A stretch of 64,000 nucleotides of DNA. Origin: Podarcis liolepis (Eukaryota). The position numbers and the translations under genes were made by a program. The notes under the pieces were generated by a model. The model searched no databases. It saw only the letters and a list, made by a program, of their open reading frames with translations, and was not told the DNA's origin. The stretch lies in the NCBI GenBank assembly GCA_965112155.1, contig OZ218099.1. One strand, 5' to 3'. Shown in pieces: positions 60,700 to 64,000 of this stretch. The first letter of the stretch is position 1, and each line of letters starts with the position of its first letter.

Positions 60700-61870
60700 G
60701 ATAATAATTGAATGAATGTCTCCTTGAAGGAGCTTGTAATTTCATCCAGCCTTAAGATGGCTATAGTAAGACCTCTACTGAAAAAGCTATTTCTGGACTC
60801 CACCAGCTTTTGAGACTAAAACACATTTGGCTGCCTTGGTAGGCAACCTGTGCTGGGATCTAGATAGGGGAGATAGTCTCCGTTGGTTTTGCTCGACGTC
60901 TTAGTGGTATTCAGTACCATTGGCTGTGGTATCTTTTTAGACTTCTGATTGGGGGTGTCATTGAGGTGCACTCTATCACAGTGGTTCTGGTCCTTCCTCA
61001 TGGGTCAGTCCCAGAAGGTGGTAATGGAGGGTTCTTATTCAGCATCTTGGCCACTGGTGTAGGATGTCCATCAGGGATTAGTTCTGTCCCTCATGCTGCT
61101 CCACATCTACCCAAAATTACTAGTTTAGAGTATTGTGTCATCAATATGCAGATAACATGTCGCCCTGACCCCCACCTCCATGTAGGCTGGCACACTAGTG
61201 GTACCCATTCCTGAGGAAGGTAGACCTGGCTCAGGTAACATACACTGTAGTTATAAGGTAACTGCAACATACTCTACATGGGGCTACCTTTGAGGAGTCT
61301 TCAGAAGCTACAGTTAGTCCAGCAACAAAGATGTTAGTGGACACACACCATAGACCATGTGGGATCTGTCCTGTAATTGACTGCCATTTGGTTCCAGGCA
61401 CAGTTCAGGGTGTTAGGGAGCACATTTAAAGCCCCAAAAGGGCTTAGGTTATGGATACCTGGGGAAGTTGCCTCCTCTCATTTCATCCTTCCCCCCTCTA
61501 AACTCAGACACAGACACCCTTTTCTGTGTCCTGCTTAGGATGGAGGCATGACTGGAGATGACAAGCGATGAGTTCTTTTCAGAGGCTGCACTAATATTGT
61601 GGGGTGCTTTGCCTTGGGAAGCATTTGTGCTCCCCTCTGTCTCTTGTTTGCTGGCTGGCAAAATAAAGTTTGATTCTAGCAGGCTGCCTCTTGAGACAGA
61701 CAAATGCAAACAACAGCAACAAGCATTGCCTGCAAAGGTCATTTTTGCTTCTCATCTCTTGTTTTTTTGAAACTGGATTTAATGTTGTGTATATTATTTG
61801 CTGTGTATTTTATGTGTCAGCATTGTTATATTTTATCATTTTATAGTATTGTGTTTTTAAAGTGTTGTAA
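60700..61870 (+). mobile_element. Highly degenerate L2 LINE
   Basis: ccttaagatggctatagtaagacctctactgaaaaag, caatatgcagataaca, catggggctacctttgagga..tcagaagctacagttagtccag, gcacagttcagggtgt resemble the other L2 copies in the window. Confidence 0.6.
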
Positions 61871-62214
61871 GTACGGGCACTAGAAGGGCAGGATGGAATT
61901 TTTCTTATAAAACAAGCTAGCTTTGTGCTGCCAATTCCACTTAGAAAAATGGTACCGGGCTCTCCATGAGCCCAAATATGCATCCTTGGCACTGGGAACC
62001 TGTGATCTATGAGGCACCCTAGCAACATGGCCTGGCCCAAGGCCTCACTCCCCTTGAAGGAGCAAAGTGGGCTGATCCTAGGAATGTCATTGTAAATCAA
62101 TGGAGTTTGCTGGGGTCAGCTCACTGGGGAGCACTTTGTGCCAGAGTGACGCTTGTGCTTCATAGGCGCAATCCATTGTTGGGAGTGAAGCATAGTTTGG
62201 GAAAGCCTAGTGCA

Positions 62215-63850
62215 CATTTATTTTTCTTTATTTATAGCATGTATAGACCTCTTTCCACCATCATGATGTTGTCCCAAAGTGGTTCCCAACACAGTATACC
62301 AAATACAAGTAAAAATCAACAAGCAGATGCAGGAGTGCAATAAAGAGAATATTGACCACCAAAGCAGACTCAGCCAGACTCCCAAGAGATGGGGAGAACA
62401 GTTTTGTTTTAACTAGGTGACAGAAGTTCATCTAAGATGTAGCCATCCGTACTTCTGGGGGGAGGGAAGTCTAGAGTTGGGGCACAATTACCAAGTGCAG
62501 CCTATTTTCACACAGCAGCCAACACTCGTTGGTGGAACAAATATAAGGGCTCCCTCTGCTGATCCAAAAAGCCAGAGTGGATGTTAAGGAATAAGGCATT
62601 CCATCAAGTACCTAGATCCCAAGCTGTGCAGGGCTTTAGATGTTAACACCAGCATGTTAAATTGGACCCCGGTACCATATAGGTAGCTAGTACAAAGTGC
62701 CTCCTTTTGCAGTTGCCTGTGAATATGATCCTACATTCAGAGCCATCTTTCCTATTGGGCTTACTGGTATGTGTCACCAGGGCGCTGGCCTCTCAGGGGC
62801 GCCCAGCGAGTGGGGGAGCTGTGCAGCTTTGCCAGCGGCCTCCCTTCCCTGCACGCCCGCCAACTGTGCCCCGTCAACCATATGGCTGACGGGCATGCAG
62901 CTTCATTCCCAAGCCTCCGCAGGAGGCGAGTGATCCCCACAGCGGCTTAGGAAAAGGTCTACAACTCTGGGAAACGGGAGGTGCTGGAGGGATCTTTGCA
63001 CCACGAAGCCGGATATGCTTAAGACGGCCTTGCCTACATTGACAGTACAGTGGTACCTCGGGTTAAGTACTTAATTCATTCCGGAGGTCCATTCTTAACC
63101 TGAAACTGTTCTTAACCTGAAGCACCACTTTAGCTAATTGTGCCTCCTGCTGCTGCCGTGCCGCCGGAGCACGATTTCTGTTTTCATCCTGAAGCAAAGT
63201 TCTTAACCCGAGGTACTATTTCTGGGTTAGCGGAGTCTGTAACCTGAAGCGTCTGTAACCTGAAGCATATGTAACCTGAGGTGCCACTGTATTCTGCACT
63301 AGCTGCTGCTTCCAGACCATCTTCAAGGGCAGCCCCATGCAAACCATATTACAGTAATTAAGATGGGAGGTTACTAGTGTGCAAAACTGTGGTCAAGCTA
63401 TCCTGATCCAAGAGCAGTCAAAGATGACAAACCAGCAGGTACTGGAAGGAGGCAGTCCTTGCCACTGTAGCCATGTGATACCTAGCAGTAGTGGATCTAG
63501 CAGCATCTCCAGGGAGAGTGCAGCTCTGTCCAGAACAGGTTGCACATCCAATTCCTTGACACAAGAGCTGCATACCAACAGTGCCTCTGTCTTGCTGGGG
63601 TTCACTGTCAGTTTGTTAGCCCTCTCCTAGTCTATTACTACCTGCAGGCACCGGTTCAGAACTGACAAAGCTACATCTGCTTGAGATGGTATGTATATGT
63701 TCATCTGAGTGTTATCAGTGCTCCAGACCTGTGACAATGGTATTCAACAATTCCATATGATGTTAAAAATCATTGGAGATAGCATAGAATCTTGGGGGCA
63801 CCTGCAGCATGTTATTACCTTGAAATAAAAAATCCCTAGCAACTGCAGAT
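62215..63850 (-). mobile_element. Degenerate L2 LINE (minus strand) interrupted by younger insertions
   Basis: gggctttagatgttaacaccagcatgttaaattggacc and catcttcaagggcagccccatg..attacagtaat mirror the 27.5-28.2 kb L2. Confidence 0.6.
63048..63289 (-). mobile_element. Tigger/pogo-like MITE, family 1 (inverted)
   Basis: Reverse complement of 30473-30714; TA flanks. Confidence 0.9.
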
Positions 63851-64000
63851 GTGTGACTGAGAACCATCTTCAGACTCTTACCCCACAACTGAAAAATACA
63901 GAGGCAGTAAACCTGTATATATTTAATGCTACTGAACATTAGTCTTGCTTGCTTCTGAAGCTAGAGTGAAATGGGATCTTCCCCTTGCCCTCATCGGTTC

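Noticed and set aside
62775-63035. GC-rich segment as an exon or promoter
   Set aside because: Nested in an L2 remnant and ends in a TIR-like gcttaagacggccttg; more likely a truncated DNA-transposon fragment, with the other end not found.
53700-64000. A third EPHX3 copy or the start of NOTCH3 (expected from mammalian synteny)
   Set aside because: No EPHX3-like exons, EGF repeats or CpG-island promoter seen; the region is mostly LINE and MITE debris.

Overview
Vertebrate genomic DNA, most likely from a lacertid lizard (inferred from Sauria/Squam-type SINEs). 1-26.7 kb is the 3' part of BRD4 on the + strand: 11 coding exons from the ET domain through the SEED, P/Q-rich region and C-terminal P-TEFb-binding motif, a ~11 kb intron at the point where short BRD4 isoforms diverge, and a ~4.8 kb 3'UTR with two candidate polyA signals. 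Downstream, matching the mammalian BRD4-EPHX3 order, are two tandem EPHX3 (epoxide hydrolase 3/ABHD9) genes on the + strand. Each has its own CpG-island promoter, 7 coding exons, an intact ORF and a polyA signal: copy A CDS 35407-39925 (365 aa), copy B CDS 46741-52352 (368 aa), about 80% identical by manual count. The main observation is that copy B keeps an intact gene but has a rewired active site: nucleophile Asp->Asn (GHDWG->GHNWG), first lid Tyr->His, and a new Asp after strand beta6. It is a candidate pseudoenzyme or neofunctionalised hydrolase beside a catalytically complete copy. The rest is transposon-rich: Tigger/pogo-like and hAT MITEs, SINEs, and L2 and CR1 LINE fragments. All calls were made by eye; no database searches were run.
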